From an uncultured Chlamydiae bacterium (GTDB lineage: Bacteria; Chlamydiota; Chlamydiia; Chlamydiales; JAJFMA01), in NCBI GenBank assembly GCA_963790215.1, contig CAWBNS010000010.1, positions 2,572 to 66,571 of the forward strand: DNA of 64,000 bases, written 5' to 3'. Each line of letters starts with the position of its first letter. Position 1 is the first letter of the stretch. Made by a program: the position numbers and the translations under genes. A model generated the notes under the pieces. That model saw only the letters and a list, made by a program, of their open reading frames with translations. It had not been told where the DNA came from and ran no database searches. Shown here in pieces: positions 48,656 to 57,561 of the stretch.

Positions 48656-49426
48656 TCAAATGTCCATCTTTCGTCCATCGCCCCTTATAGACGCCACAGT
48701 ACCATGTCGACCGGTCTGCCTGTTGCGACGGGCGGAAAAGCAATCATCCGTGTTGGTGTACGTGCACATGCGAGCCATCTCAATATTCTCCGGCTGCACA
48801 CCGCATGCCACCAGTTGCATCTGGCTGATCGCCCAGAAATCAAAATAGTTGGGTGCCACTTGGTAGTCCCAAAATACTTCGGGGAATTCCTGGCGATAAT
48901 GCACAAATTCTGCCGCCTGCGGGCCTAAACTCGGCGAAATTCCGACTAAAATATTTTCTGCCCGACACCCATACCCCGTCCGTAAAGCTTCGATTACCTT
49001 CTGGTAAATATTCTGTACGCTTCCTCGCCAGCCCGCGTGTGCAATGCCTAAAGCACGCTTGTACGGGTCATAAAAGATCGCCGCCTGGCAGTCCGCATGT
49101 CGAACCATAAGCGCCACATCAGGTTCTCGTGTGATCAAAGCATCGCACGTTGGTAAAGCCTGCGGACTATCTTTGCAAACCTCTATCACATCGATTCCAT
49201 GCGCTTGCTTGGAAGGATAACGCAACAAACCTATACCTAGCGCCCTTTGAACACGTGCCAGGTTTTCATGAACATGTTCTTCATTGTCACCATCAAAACC
49301 GAGATTAAGCGAACCGCAACTGCCTTCACTCGTCCCACCCTTGCGCAACATCGATCCATGCTTTAGATCGGCCAGTAGAGGAAACTCTAGCCACTCGACC
49401 CCATTTTTTTCCCTTCTTTGTGCCAT
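48656..49426 (-). CDS. pgeF: YfiH/PgeF family (DUF152, laccase-domain) protein
   Basis: 256 aa. It has VRHADCQAAIFYDP and AHAGWRG. Confidence 0.8.
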   Translation of the reverse strand: MAQRREKNGVEWLEFPLLADLKHGSMLRKGGTSEGSCGSLNLGFDGDNEEHVHENLARVQRALGIGLLRYPSKQAHGIDVIEVCKDSPQALPTCDALITREPDVALMVRHADCQAAIFYDPYKRALGIAHAGWRGSVQNIYQKVIEALRTGYGCRAENILVGISPSLGPQAAEFVHYRQEFPEVFWDYQVAPNYFDFWAISQMQLVACGVQPENIEMARMCTYTNTDDCFSARRNRQTGRHGTVASIRGDGRKMDI

Positions 49427-49476
49427 TTGTTCACCTCCGCTAGGAGAATAATGGTTATGTCTGTAAAATCAAAGTC

Positions 49477-50667
49477 ATGTTGATGCGAACCCTACTTCTC
49501 ATTTTTCTCTGTGCTCTCACAGCCGGTTACCCCGCGAATAGCTTCGCACGCCCTGCGAAAGACGGATCAGCTTTTCGTTTTCGATCGGCTCCTCTTCATC
49601 AAGCGATCGTGGAGAAACGGCTTGATCAGGTGCAGAGGATACTGAACACAGGGATCGACCCCAATGCTCGCGCCCCTGGTGGCGAGACAGCATTAGAAGT
49701 TGCGATCGATGCTGCACAGACCTCCCACGATGCCTTTCTGATGGTGCAAACATTAGTCAAGGCCAGAGCTGATGTAAACGCCATCGGGGCAAACGGGAAA
49801 ACCCCATTGACTCAAGCACTCACGCTTGGTTTACCTGATGTTGTTCGATTGTTACTCGATGCCGGAGCCAACCCTGATAAACAGGATAAGGAAGGCACTG
49901 TTCCAATCATGATCGCCATCCAGAAGCATCAGAACGCATTGATCGACGAATTCCTCAAAGCCAAAGCCGGTTTAAATGCAGTAAATAACCAAGGCGACAC
50001 ACCTCTTCTTATCGCGTTAAAAAATAACGAACCAGACGAAGCCGGCAAATTAATCATCGAGGGCGTCGATGTAAATATCATCGATACCAACGGACTTTCC
50101 CCTCTCATGCTTGCCGCTCAAAAAGGCCTGTACAGCATTGTAGGTGTGCTTGTCCTCTCAGGAGCCGATGTCAACCTGCCCTCTCCCGCTACAGGACGCA
50201 CTCCCTTGGACTATGCTGCCGAATCCGCGAATAAAGACCTGGTCGACATGTTTCTCACCTACGGAGCCGATGTGAATGCCGACGATAACGAAGGCAAACG
50301 ACCGCTCTACTACGCGATTGGAGCTACTCCTAAACATGCGGAAGTCGTTGACCTACTGTTAACCCAGGGTGCAAAGGTTAACATCGCCACAGCGACCGGC
50401 GAGACACCACTTCACAGAGCAGCGCAAATAGGAAACGTTCGCATCATAGAACTCCTCATCCGAAGCGGTGCCAAGATGGAAACAGATGATAGTCAAGGAC
50501 GCACAGCCCTTTACGTCGCTGCCCAACATGGCAACCTCGACGCAGTCAAAAAACTGGTCGAAAAGGGAGCCAAAGTCAATGGCAACCCTCCACCTCTCAA
50601 CGGGGCCGTACTCAGTGGAAATGAACAAGTCATCCACTACTTAATCGATAACGGCGCTCATCTATAG
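49477..50667 (+). CDS. ankyrin-repeat protein with N-terminal signal peptide
   Basis: 396 aa with about 10 ANK units (G.TPL..A......vv.lLl..GA.vN). Confidence 0.85.
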   Translation: MLMRTLLLIFLCALTAGYPANSFARPAKDGSAFRFRSAPLHQAIVEKRLDQVQRILNTGIDPNARAPGGETALEVAIDAAQTSHDAFLMVQTLVKARADVNAIGANGKTPLTQALTLGLPDVVRLLLDAGANPDKQDKEGTVPIMIAIQKHQNALIDEFLKAKAGLNAVNNQGDTPLLIALKNNEPDEAGKLIIEGVDVNIIDTNGLSPLMLAAQKGLYSIVGVLVLSGADVNLPSPATGRTPLDYAAESANKDLVDMFLTYGADVNADDNEGKRPLYYAIGATPKHAEVVDLLLTQGAKVNIATATGETPLHRAAQIGNVRIIELLIRSGAKMETDDSQGRTALYVAAQHGNLDAVKKLVEKGAKVNGNPPPLNGAVLSGNEQVIHYLIDNGAHL

Positions 50668-50693
50668 CAGCGCACACAACCAGGAATTACCTC

Positions 50694-51176
50694 ATGTCAT
50701 GCCAACCCGTTTCCCATTCTCATCCCCCGAAATGCAATTGCAACGATTGCTGGTGGGGAATTACCAAGATCCCCACTAAGCGTATGGACCAAGCCTTTCG
50801 CGTTGCCTTGACCGCGGTATGCATTTTCAGAAGCCAGCGGGATGCTATCCTTTGGATATGCGGAGGTATGGCTCTGGGATTGGGTTTAGGAGCTCTATAC
50901 CGATATTGGGGTCGACCCTCGCCAGCAGTTGGCCAGTTTGGATCAGTGTGTGGAAACGGCATTGCAGAATCGATCAGTGGACGCCAATTAAACCCCCTGG
51001 AACTACGCGTACTGACCCTCTTCCTTTACTTTGCCAGCACCTTTGGTAAGCACCATAGAGAAAGTGTATTCATTGGTTCCATATACGGAGGAGGAGGTTG
51101 GGGTCTTGATTTATTTGATTGGCTCTCCGGTAATAAGCCAGAGACTAAGCACAGCCACGCAGCTTGTAGCGCGTAG
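50694..51176 (+). CDS. hypothetical Cys/Gly-rich membrane protein
   Basis: 160 aa ORF with hydrophobic segments. Confidence 0.4.
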   Translation: MSCQPVSHSHPPKCNCNDCWWGITKIPTKRMDQAFRVALTAVCIFRSQRDAILWICGGMALGLGLGALYRYWGRPSPAVGQFGSVCGNGIAESISGRQLNPLELRVLTLFLYFASTFGKHHRESVFIGSIYGGGGWGLDLFDWLSGNKPETKHSHAACSA

Positions 51177-51183
51177 TTTGCTT

Positions 51184-51225
51184 CGAGCCCGTGCCCGAAT
51201 CTCATGAAAATCGGGCTCGGGCACG
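51184..51225. terminator. GC-rich hairpin between convergent genes (GAGCCCGTGCCCG family)
   Basis: CGAGCCCGTGCCCGA and TCGGGCTCGGGCACG form a 15 bp stem with 2 mismatches, followed by ATTTT. It sits between the 50694..51176 (+) ORF and uvrB (-). Confidence 0.4.
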
Positions 51226-51249
51226 ATTTTCTGTCTCATAAAGGTCTTC

Positions 51250-53259
51250 TTAACCCAAATCAACTTCTAGTTGCTCATAGTGCTTCAGCTGGTCTCTGTA
51301 ATGTGCAGCATCTTCAAAACGCAACTCTTTAGCCGCTGTTTTCATTGCCGTGGCGCATTCCGCAATCTTCTTTCTGATCTGATCTGAAGTGAGGTATTCC
51401 TGGTGAGATTCAGCCGCTTTGCGTGCATCTGCGCCGCCTTCGCCGTAAGAAATTTCTTCTTCAACTTCTTGGATCAAGGGAGAAATACCTCTAGACACGG
51501 TTGTAGGAGTAATTCCATGCTCCTCGTTATACGCTTGTTGTTGGGTTCGACGGCGGTCGGTAGTGGCAATCGTATTGCGAATCGCCGCCGTCATTTTGTC
51601 AGCATACATAATGACGCGACCTTTATCATTTCGGGCCGCTCGTCCACACGTCTGAATCAAAGCCGTCTCACTGCGCAGAAAACCCTCTTTATCAGCGTCT
51701 AAAATAGCGACCAAGGATACTTCGGGTAGATCCAATCCTTCTCGCAAAAGGTTAATCCCGATCAATACGTCAAACACACCCACGCGTAAGTCTCGAAGAA
51801 TTTGCATGCGCTCTACGGTATCAATGTCCGAGTGCAGATATTTGGCTTTTACGCCTAATTCCAACAGATATTTAGATAATTCCTCAGACAAACGCTTAGT
51901 CAACGTCGTCACAAGTACCCGACCACCAGCAAGTGTATGCTGACGAATCTCATGCAAACAATCGTCCACTTGCCCCTCAGCAGGACGCACCTCGACAACA
52001 GGATCCAGCAGACCTGTAGGTCGCACAACCTGCTCAATGATCACATGCCTCGCTTCATTCACCTCCCATTCAGAAGGAGTCGCCGAAACATAAACAGCCT
52101 GATTCAATTTTCGATACCACTCCTCAAACATCAAAGGACGGTTATCATAAGCCGAGGGCAAACGAAATCCAAAATCCACCAATGTCTGTTTGCGCGACCG
52201 ATCTCCGTGATACATCGCTCGTACCTGCGGAACAGTCTGGTGAGATTCATCCACAAAGATCAGAAAATCCTTCGGAAAGTAGTCCAGAAGACAAGCTGGA
52301 GGCTCTCCTGCCAGTCGTTTGCCGAAATGACGCGAGTAGTTTTCGATCCCTTTGCAGAATCCCACCTCCTTGATCATTTCCAAATCGTACATCGTACGCT
52401 GATGGATGCGCTCCCGTTCGAGAAGCTTGTTCTCTGTTTCGAAGAACTTAAGACGTTCGGCAAGTTCGAGTTTGATGGTCTCCATAGCAAATTCACGCAC
52501 CTCTTCAGGAGTGACGTGGTGCGAGCTAGGATAGATAGTGATGGAGTCGATACGCCGCAAAACCTTGCCTGTGAGCGGATCTATCTCGCTGATACGCTCT
52601 ATCTCGTCACCGAAGAACTCTATGCGAATAGCGAGCTCATCTTCATAAGCAGGAAAGATATCAAGCACATCGCCGCGCACACGAAACGTAGAACGGTGAA
52701 AATCGTAGTCATTGCGTTTGTATTGCATTTCCACAAGATGAATAAGCAATTCGTCGCGTCGCCGTTCCTGGCCGACAGTCAAGGTAAAACGCATCTGCAT
52801 ATAGTACTCAGGCATACCCAAGCCGTATATGCAGGAAACAGAAGCTACAATGAGCACATCATCTCGCTCTAATAAAGAACGTGTAGCGCTCAGCCGCATC
52901 TTGTCGATTTTTTCATTGATCGCCATGTCCTTCTCAATGAAAGTATCTGTACGTGGTACATACGCTTCGGGCTGATAGTAATCGTAATAGGAGACAAAAT
53001 ACTCGACAGCATTGTCGGGGAAAAAGGACTTAAATTCTTGATAGAGCTGTGCAGCGAGAGTTTTGTTGTGAGCCATCACCAAGGTAGGACGCTGTATCTG
53101 CGCCACCACGTTGGCCATGGTAAACGTCTTACCAGAACCCGTTACACCCAGCAACACCTGTGCCTCTTTACCCTGGCGAATTCCCTCCACAAGCTTCTGA
53201 ATCGCTTGCGGCTGGTCACCCGCCGGCAAATACGGTGTTTTTAGTTCAAATCGTGACAA
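51250..53259 (-). CDS. uvrB: excinuclease ABC subunit B
   Basis: 669 aa. It has Walker [11 protein letters not shown] and the C-terminal UVR motif [14 protein letters not shown]. Confidence 0.95.
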   Translation of the reverse strand: MSRFELKTPYLPAGDQPQAIQKLVEGIRQGKEAQVLLGVTGSGKTFTMANVVAQIQRPTLVMAHNKTLAAQLYQEFKSFFPDNAVEYFVSYYDYYQPEAYVPRTDTFIEKDMAINEKIDKMRLSATRSLLERDDVLIVASVSCIYGLGMPEYYMQMRFTLTVGQERRRDELLIHLVEMQYKRNDYDFHRSTFRVRGDVLDIFPAYEDELAIRIEFFGDEIERISEIDPLTGKVLRRIDSITIYPSSHHVTPEEVREFAMETIKLELAERLKFFETENKLLERERIHQRTMYDLEMIKEVGFCKGIENYSRHFGKRLAGEPPACLLDYFPKDFLIFVDESHQTVPQVRAMYHGDRSRKQTLVDFGFRLPSAYDNRPLMFEEWYRKLNQAVYVSATPSEWEVNEARHVIIEQVVRPTGLLDPVVEVRPAEGQVDDCLHEIRQHTLAGGRVLVTTLTKRLSEELSKYLLELGVKAKYLHSDIDTVERMQILRDLRVGVFDVLIGINLLREGLDLPEVSLVAILDADKEGFLRSETALIQTCGRAARNDKGRVIMYADKMTAAIRNTIATTDRRRTQQQAYNEEHGITPTTVSRGISPLIQEVEEEISYGEGGADARKAAESHQEYLTSDQIRKKIAECATAMKTAAKELRFEDAAHYRDQLKHYEQLEVDLG

Positions 53260-53304
53260 GACATCCCTTATGCAATGATTACGTAATTGCTTTTAGATCA
53301 TACC

Positions 53305-53697
53305 CTAAAGTGTAATAAAGACATAATTTGTCAGGGATACAATTACCCAAGGAGTACTTGGGATTTGGCGCACCAGAGAAGGCTGAGCCGCCGCAGAGGG
53401 CTGAGATTTTCGTTCCGGGTTTGCATCATAAAATTGAGGTACGATGTGCGAGCCAAATACACACCGCCCTTTATCGACAGCCCTATCCCACCAAGACGGT
53501 CCTGAAGGCTCTCGTGATAAAGGCTTAGTCGACCGATTAGCTCGATTTGTGTCATAAAGTGACGAACTACCTGTCCCTGCACCAAGCAAACCATACGCAT
53601 CGAAATGCGTTAGGGGGCTATTTTTGACGTAGGCGTAGAGATTAGGGCCGTCGGCGAAGCCGATGGGGTCGGGTGTTGTCCAACGACCTGTTGCAGG
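53305..53697 (-). pseudogene. orphan Rhs core-end fragment plus short C-terminal region, 5'-truncated
   Basis: It encodes ...ATGRWTTPDPIGFADGPNLYAYVKNSPLTHFDAYGL. About 105 bp (53594-53697) are nearly identical to 59139-59243 of the main Rhs gene. Homology stops exactly at the repeat junction 53697/53698. Confidence 0.8.
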
Positions 53698-54095
53698 CAT
53701 ACGCATCAGGCTAAGATAAGTTTTTGATGCTTATATAATTGATAACAAGTTTGTTGCGAAAGGAAAACCCTCGTAGAGGGTTTCTGAATGTAGCCCACCG
53801 TGAACCTTGCGAGCGAAGCGAAGACAGGTGTAACGGTGGGAAAATGCGCCGAAAACCTATTGCACCCCCGAAGGGGCGTGCCTCAAGCTATTCACAATCA
53901 ACGATCTGAGGCACTTTCGTTCGAGAGTGCGGGGGCTATTGTGCGCTTATTCCCACCGTTACACCTGTCTTCGCTAACGCTCGCAGGTTCACGGTGGGCT
54001 ACATTCAGAAACCCTCTACGAGGGTTTTCCTTTCGCAACAAGCTTGCTATCAAATATATGCGCATCAAAAACTTATCTTAGCCTGATGCGTATGG
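53698..54095. mobile_element. about 400 bp MITE-like palindromic element, copy 2
   Basis: Same termini and arms as 16140-16536. The right flank again begins GGATGAGCAGG. Confidence 0.7.
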
Positions 54096-54247
54096 GATGA
54101 GCAGGATCGTCTGCGGCGGCGGGATGATCGTTGTCCGTATAACCCTCAGAGAGAGTTTATGGAGCTTGGGCATGGATTGGCTTGCAGGCGCTGCTCTTTC
54201 AAATCCACTGCTTCGCAGTAATGACTTACCCTGACTTGGAATCCCTG

Positions 54248-54279
54248 AATCGCACATCACAGCTCCGGCCCCTTTCACT
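54248..54279. repeat. Rhs-locus junction motif, copy
   Basis: AATCGCACATCACAGCTCCGGCCCCTTTCACT. The minus strand reads GGAGCTGTGATGTGCGAT. Confidence 0.7.
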
Positions 54280-54316
54280 ATAGCTCTTTCGCAAAGGGGT
54301 TTCCTGCAAGACTTCA

Positions 54317-54688
54317 TCATTTGTTGTCTGTCTTGATCGAAGTGCCATCCTCCAAAATAATATCTCGACAGACTACTTCTATAATGCTTAAGTTATCGAT
54401 ATCTTTCAAAGAAACAAGGTTGTAAAATTCACTATTCAAAGTTTCAAGTTCTTGTATTTTTTGTCCATGCATATTAGGATCTAAAGGTTTTTTATATAAT
54501 CCCTTAATATAGTCTCCTGGTTGATAATTTAAATATATTAAGTCTTTAAACTTGATGTTTATTTTTTTTCCATTCCATAAAATTATATTTACAGAAAGCA
54601 ATTGGGTTGAATCCTCGAGTCTAAAACTTAATAAAGAGGCGTCGGCTAACGAAAAATCTAAATCCAGGGGAGTCCAATCTTGTTCCAT
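54317..54688 (-). CDS. orphan immunity-like protein
   Basis: 123 aa, AT-rich, with no adjacent intact toxin. Its N-terminal pattern (W.P/D..L.....L) resembles that of the 57971..58327 immunity candidate. Confidence 0.5.
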   Translation of the reverse strand: MEQDWTPLDLDFSLADASLLSFRLEDSTQLLSVNIILWNGKKINIKFKDLIYLNYQPGDYIKGLYKKPLDPNMHGQKIQELETLNSEFYNLVSLKDIDNLSIIEVVCRDIILEDGTSIKTDNK

Positions 54689-54726
54689 TTTTTTTACACC
54701 TTAACTCATCGACGATATGTTCTACT

Positions 54727-54758
54727 AAATCGCATCGCAGCTCCTGCCCCTTTCACTG
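54727..54758. repeat. Rhs-locus junction motif, copy
   Basis: AAATCGCATCGCAGCTCCTGCCCCTTTCACTG. It lies about 40 nt upstream of the 54688 start. Confidence 0.7.
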
Positions 54759-54835
54759 ATTCAGTAAGGATAATCTAAATCAACAAGTTCTTTTTCTCTT
54801 ATCATATCAACTTTATATCCTGCAGAAAATAATAT

Positions 54836-55051
54836 CTACGATTTCTTTATAAGGATAAATATACAAATAAGTATTGTCAACACAGCTTGAATGGTGGTTT
54901 CCGTTAGAGAAATTGATTCTGGTAGGTCGAGTTTTTCAAAATTGACTTCAAAATCATGGGGAACCGAACCGAATAGAAAAAAATCTCCCCATTCGAATTG
55001 TTGAACCGATTTGAATTCATTCACAAACTCAATAGGAATAGCTCCAGTCAA
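54836..55051 (-). CDS. hypothetical small protein (cassette remnant?)
   Basis: 71 aa ORF with a TTG start and a C-terminal hydrophobic tail. It is out of frame with the ORF just upstream. Confidence 0.3.
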   Translation of the reverse strand: MTGAIPIEFVNEFKSVQQFEWGDFFLFGSVPHDFEVNFEKLDLPESISLTETTIQAVLTILICIFILIKKS

Positions 55052-55056
55052 ATCAG

Positions 55057-55251
55057 TTAAAAAACATAATTTATATTGATTGCTTTTAACAGAAGGTTTA
55101 CCAGATCATAAACGGATTTTCCTGGAAGCGCTTCTGGATCTGTAATTACAAGTAGACTCCAGGAGTTAGATTTATTCAATTTTTTAGTCATGCAAATACC
55201 TAAAGAAAACGTCTTCCGAAAAATCTGGGATAGAGTGTGCTCCGCTTTCAA
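55057..55251 (-). CDS. hypothetical small protein (cassette remnant?)
   Basis: 64 aa ORF with an internal ATG at 55188 (MTKKLNKSNSW...). Confidence 0.3.
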   Translation of the reverse strand: MKAEHTLSQIFRKTFSLGICMTKKLNKSNSWSLLVITDPEALPGKSVYDLVNLLLKAININYVF

Positions 55252-55410
55252 CGCTATTAGAGAGAGAGAGCGGGGTGAAAATGGGGACTAAAGTGATCAT
55301 GTCTTCCGTGAGATGTCACATCTGTTCACCCCTTAAACACGCCTCTATTGTCGAATGTAGATCCTTGTATATATGATCTCTACCCACCGCCCTCTCCATT
55401 TGGAATTTCT

Positions 55411-55653
55411 TCAGAGAACGGTTTTCGCGCGCGCGCGATATCGTTTTGAAGAGGCTCCAAAATTTTTAAAGTTTTCTATTGCTTCGTTGAGGCTTTCTGG
55501 ATTTGCGCCACCGTGATAGTTTGAGTCGTGAAATTGAGCCTCATCGTCCTCCCAACCACAGACGTTACAAATTTCAAACGTCCCAGGGGGGCAATCAGAT
55601 AAAGTTAAGAAACCACAGCAAGGGCATGGATATCCTTTTTTACTTAAACTCAT
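55411..55653 (-). CDS. CPCC-family cysteine-rich protein; immunity candidate by position
   Basis: MSLSKKGYPCPCCGFLTL...FEICNVCGWEDDEAQ matches the Cys_rich_CPCC pattern. Its ATG lies 2 nt after the TGA of the degraded toxin frame upstream. Confidence 0.7.
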   Translation of the reverse strand: MSLSKKGYPCPCCGFLTLSDCPPGTFEICNVCGWEDDEAQFHDSNYHGGANPESLNEAIENFKNFGASSKRYRARAKTVL

Positions 55654-55655
55654 TA

Positions 55656-56266
55656 TCAATACCTAGTTTCGAAATAATGCAGACCATCGGTTGGTTTAAA
55701 GAAGGTTTTTGGAACTCCATCAGAGGTGTAAACGCCAAATTGGTTACTTTCCACTTCATAAAGGATAATATCACCAGTTGGTCGGACTTTAACAGAGGTT
55801 GCATTAGAACGAGAATGAAAAAACTCGCGAGCTTTCTCAACTTATTGTTTTGCATTATATAATTCTGGAAATTCTGCAGAATGGCTTTTCCAATGTTGGT
55901 ACGCGTTTTGAAGAGGTTTTTTTTCTTGGTTGCATTCCAGATGGGCTTACCTATATCACTTTTTGCTATGTTTGTTTCGCAAACGGTTGCATTTATGGTG
56001 GTTTTAAGAATTGGTGTTGCTGTTCGACTGCTTTGAATCGCAGCAGCACCCCCCATCGTGGCAACCATGCTGAGACCGCCATCAATGAGATGAGCGGCTT
56101 CCGGTGGAATGCCAGCTGTCTGGAGACCTTGAGAAGTCATTGTCTCCTTTGCTTCACCTGAAAATAGTGTTTTCATTCCTGCAACGAAGGACCATCGATG
56201 AATAAATCGGTTTCCTGCTGGACGAATTCTCCTGTCACTACATTGACGCAGCCATGCCCAGTGCAA
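55656..56266 (-). pseudogene. degraded orphan toxin module: Rhs N-terminal fragment fused to a distinct C-terminal toxin-like domain
   Basis: 56180-56266 duplicates 63470-63545 of the main gene and encodes HGCVNVVTGEFVQQETDLFIDGPSL. Downstream, a coherent domain (NAYQHWKSHSAEFPELYNAKQ*VEKAREFFHSRSNATSVKVRPTGDIILYEVESNQFGVYTSDGVPKTFFKPTDGLHYFETRY) is reachable only by a frame change at an 8-nt homopolymer (55917-55924). It also contains an in-frame TAA (55843-55845). Confidence 0.7.
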
Positions 56267-56267
56267 A

Positions 56268-56486
56268 TCATTTGATTATCCAGGAACAGCTAGTCGTATA
56301 ATATTGAATATCTGTGAGATAGAATATCCTCGCCAGCCGTCCTCTCTGTACACGACAAAAATTGATCTAGTAAGGTTGTTGCGACAGGAAACCCTCTTCG
56401 AGGGTTTTCTGTCACAACCAACTTTATCAATTATATAAACATCAAAAACTTATCTTAGCCTGATGCGTATGGGTCAGTCACCTGCG
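56268..56486. mobile_element. ISAs1-family remnants with a MITE-like insertion
   Basis: 56268-56345 matches the transposase 5' region 32392-32480. 56474-56486 (GGTCAGTCACCTG) matches the ISAs1 right IR. The MITE-like arm (AAACCCTCTTCGAGGGTTTT ... GCCTGATGCGTATG) lies between them. Confidence 0.7.
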
Positions 56487-56500
56487 ACCATATGTTCTGT

Positions 56501-56535
56501 CAAATCGCACATCGCAGCTCCGGCCCGTTTACTCA
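56501..56535. repeat. Rhs-locus junction motif, copy
   Basis: TCAAATCGCACATCGCAGCTCCGGCCCGTTTACTC. The minus strand GGAGCTGCGATG opens a 12-codon ORF that runs into the IS remnant. Confidence 0.7.
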
Positions 56536-56544
56536 TCCTTTAGA

Positions 56545-56767
56545 ATTAGTTTTTGTGTTCGGGCATCGAAGTTTTGGATGGTTAAAGGATCATAAATGCA
56601 CAAGGTTATTTCCTTTTATAATCTTCATCGGAAAGATGAATGTGGTCGCCTGTTGGGATCTTCAAGAAGTTGTTCAGCATAGCCAATCAATTGTCGCATT
56701 TCATCTGTTGTTAACAGTAACATAATGCTACCCAGTTTTTTATCAAACTCGTCATCTAAAATTCGCA
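56545..56767 (-). pseudogene. small immunity-like gene, apparently frameshifted
   Basis: MRILDDEFDKKLGSIMLLLTTDEMRQLIGYAEQLLEDPN continues in another frame as GDHIHLSDEDYKRK. Both pieces fall below the ORF-track cutoff. Confidence 0.3.
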
Positions 56768-56789
56768 TACTCTTCCTTATTCAATCATG

Positions 56790-56809
56790 TGTGAAAGGGG
56801 CTGAAGCTA
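56790..56809. repeat. Rhs-locus junction motif, partial, inverted orientation
   Basis: GTGAAAGGGGCTGAAGCTAC. Confidence 0.5.
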
Positions 56810-56832
56810 CTTCAATGCCTTCGATGACCCCT

Positions 56833-57180
56833 TCATCTTAACGGAAAGAGATCAAGCAACTCTCCTCTTAGTATTGGATTGATAAGATCAGGTTTTGAAG
56901 CCATAATTTGATGAAAAACTATCCTCTGCACAACTGGAATTAAAGAGTCGAATTGAATTGGGTCAAACCAATCCAATCCGATGCAAATTTCTCCAATAGA
57001 TTCGGCACAGTTGTCCATAATAAATTTATCTTCTGTGGGATCAGAAGCTATTTTTATAAGAGCGTTTAACGCTCGCAAATCCAAATATCTACCTAAGTCG
57101 ATTGCAGCATCGTCTCTTTCGTCTTCTCGCGCAGTTTTATCTAACAAGATATTTATAAGTAATTCGATCTGATCCTTCAT
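56833..57180 (-). CDS. immunity candidate (helical, HEAT-like)
   Basis: 115 aa. Its ATG at 57180 directly abuts the TAG (57181-57183) of the toxin-like frame upstream. Confidence 0.6.
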   Translation of the reverse strand: MKDQIELLINILLDKTAREDERDDAAIDLGRYLDLRALNALIKIASDPTEDKFIMDNCAESIGEICIGLDWFDPIQFDSLIPVVQRIVFHQIMASKPDLINPILRGELLDLFPLR

Positions 57181-57558
57181 CTAATTCCTTAACAAATAAT
57201 TAGCTTCTAGAGGCAGATGAGTTCCAATTTCTTTGCCACCTGTTTGTCCACTAAAAGGATTAATATAACTTTGACCACTCGAATCATGGTATAGGCGAGA
57301 GTCAAACCTCGGCATTCCGCTTTTTTCATGAAGCCCTAAACGATAACTGCCTTCCGGTTTTACGACCAATCTCCATTCAAACTTATCGCTGCTATATACT
57401 CCCCATCGCTCAGGTTTTCCTAAAGAATTGGGTTCCTTAATCCACCCCTTACTTTTAGCCCAGCTTCTTAGAATTCGTATATTGGTTTGACCAGTTTCAG
57501 AAAGATTTTTAGCGGCATAATGAAAGCGATTTAGGTTGTTAGCTACCTGAGACTCTTT
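57181..57558 (-). CDS. toxin-like C-terminal domain lacking its own canonical start
   Basis: The frame is open from 57558: KESQVANNLNRFHYAAKNLSETGQTNIRILRSWAKSKGWIKEPNSLGKPERWGVYSSDKFEWRLVVKPEGSYRLGLHEKSGMPRFDSRLYHDSSGQSYINPFSGQTGGKEIGTHLPLEANYLLRN. The only start-like codon is the TTG at 57369. The frame is the same as ORF 57562..57870. Confidence 0.45.
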   Translation of the reverse strand, partial: KESQVANNLNRFHYAAKNLSETGQTNIRILRSWAKSKGWIKEPNSLGKPERWGVYSSDKFEWRLVVKPEGSYRLGLHEKSGMPRFDSRLYHDSSGQSYINPFSGQTGGKEIGTHLPLEANYLLRN

Positions 57559-57561
57559 CTA

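Noticed and set aside
51937-52872. A 311 aa ORF antisense to uvrB. Similar cases are 35440..36120 antisense to sufB and 37165..37518 antisense to sufC.
   Set aside because: The opposite strand encodes highly conserved proteins. These are shadow ORFs.
54078-54320. An 80 aa ORF bridging the junction motif and the MITE-like element.
   Set aside because: Its 3' half is translated repeat sequence (it ends inside GCCTGATGCGTATG). Only the motif-borne GGAG-N5-ATG start inside it (MCDSGIPSQ...) is noteworthy, and that is reported under the motif finding.
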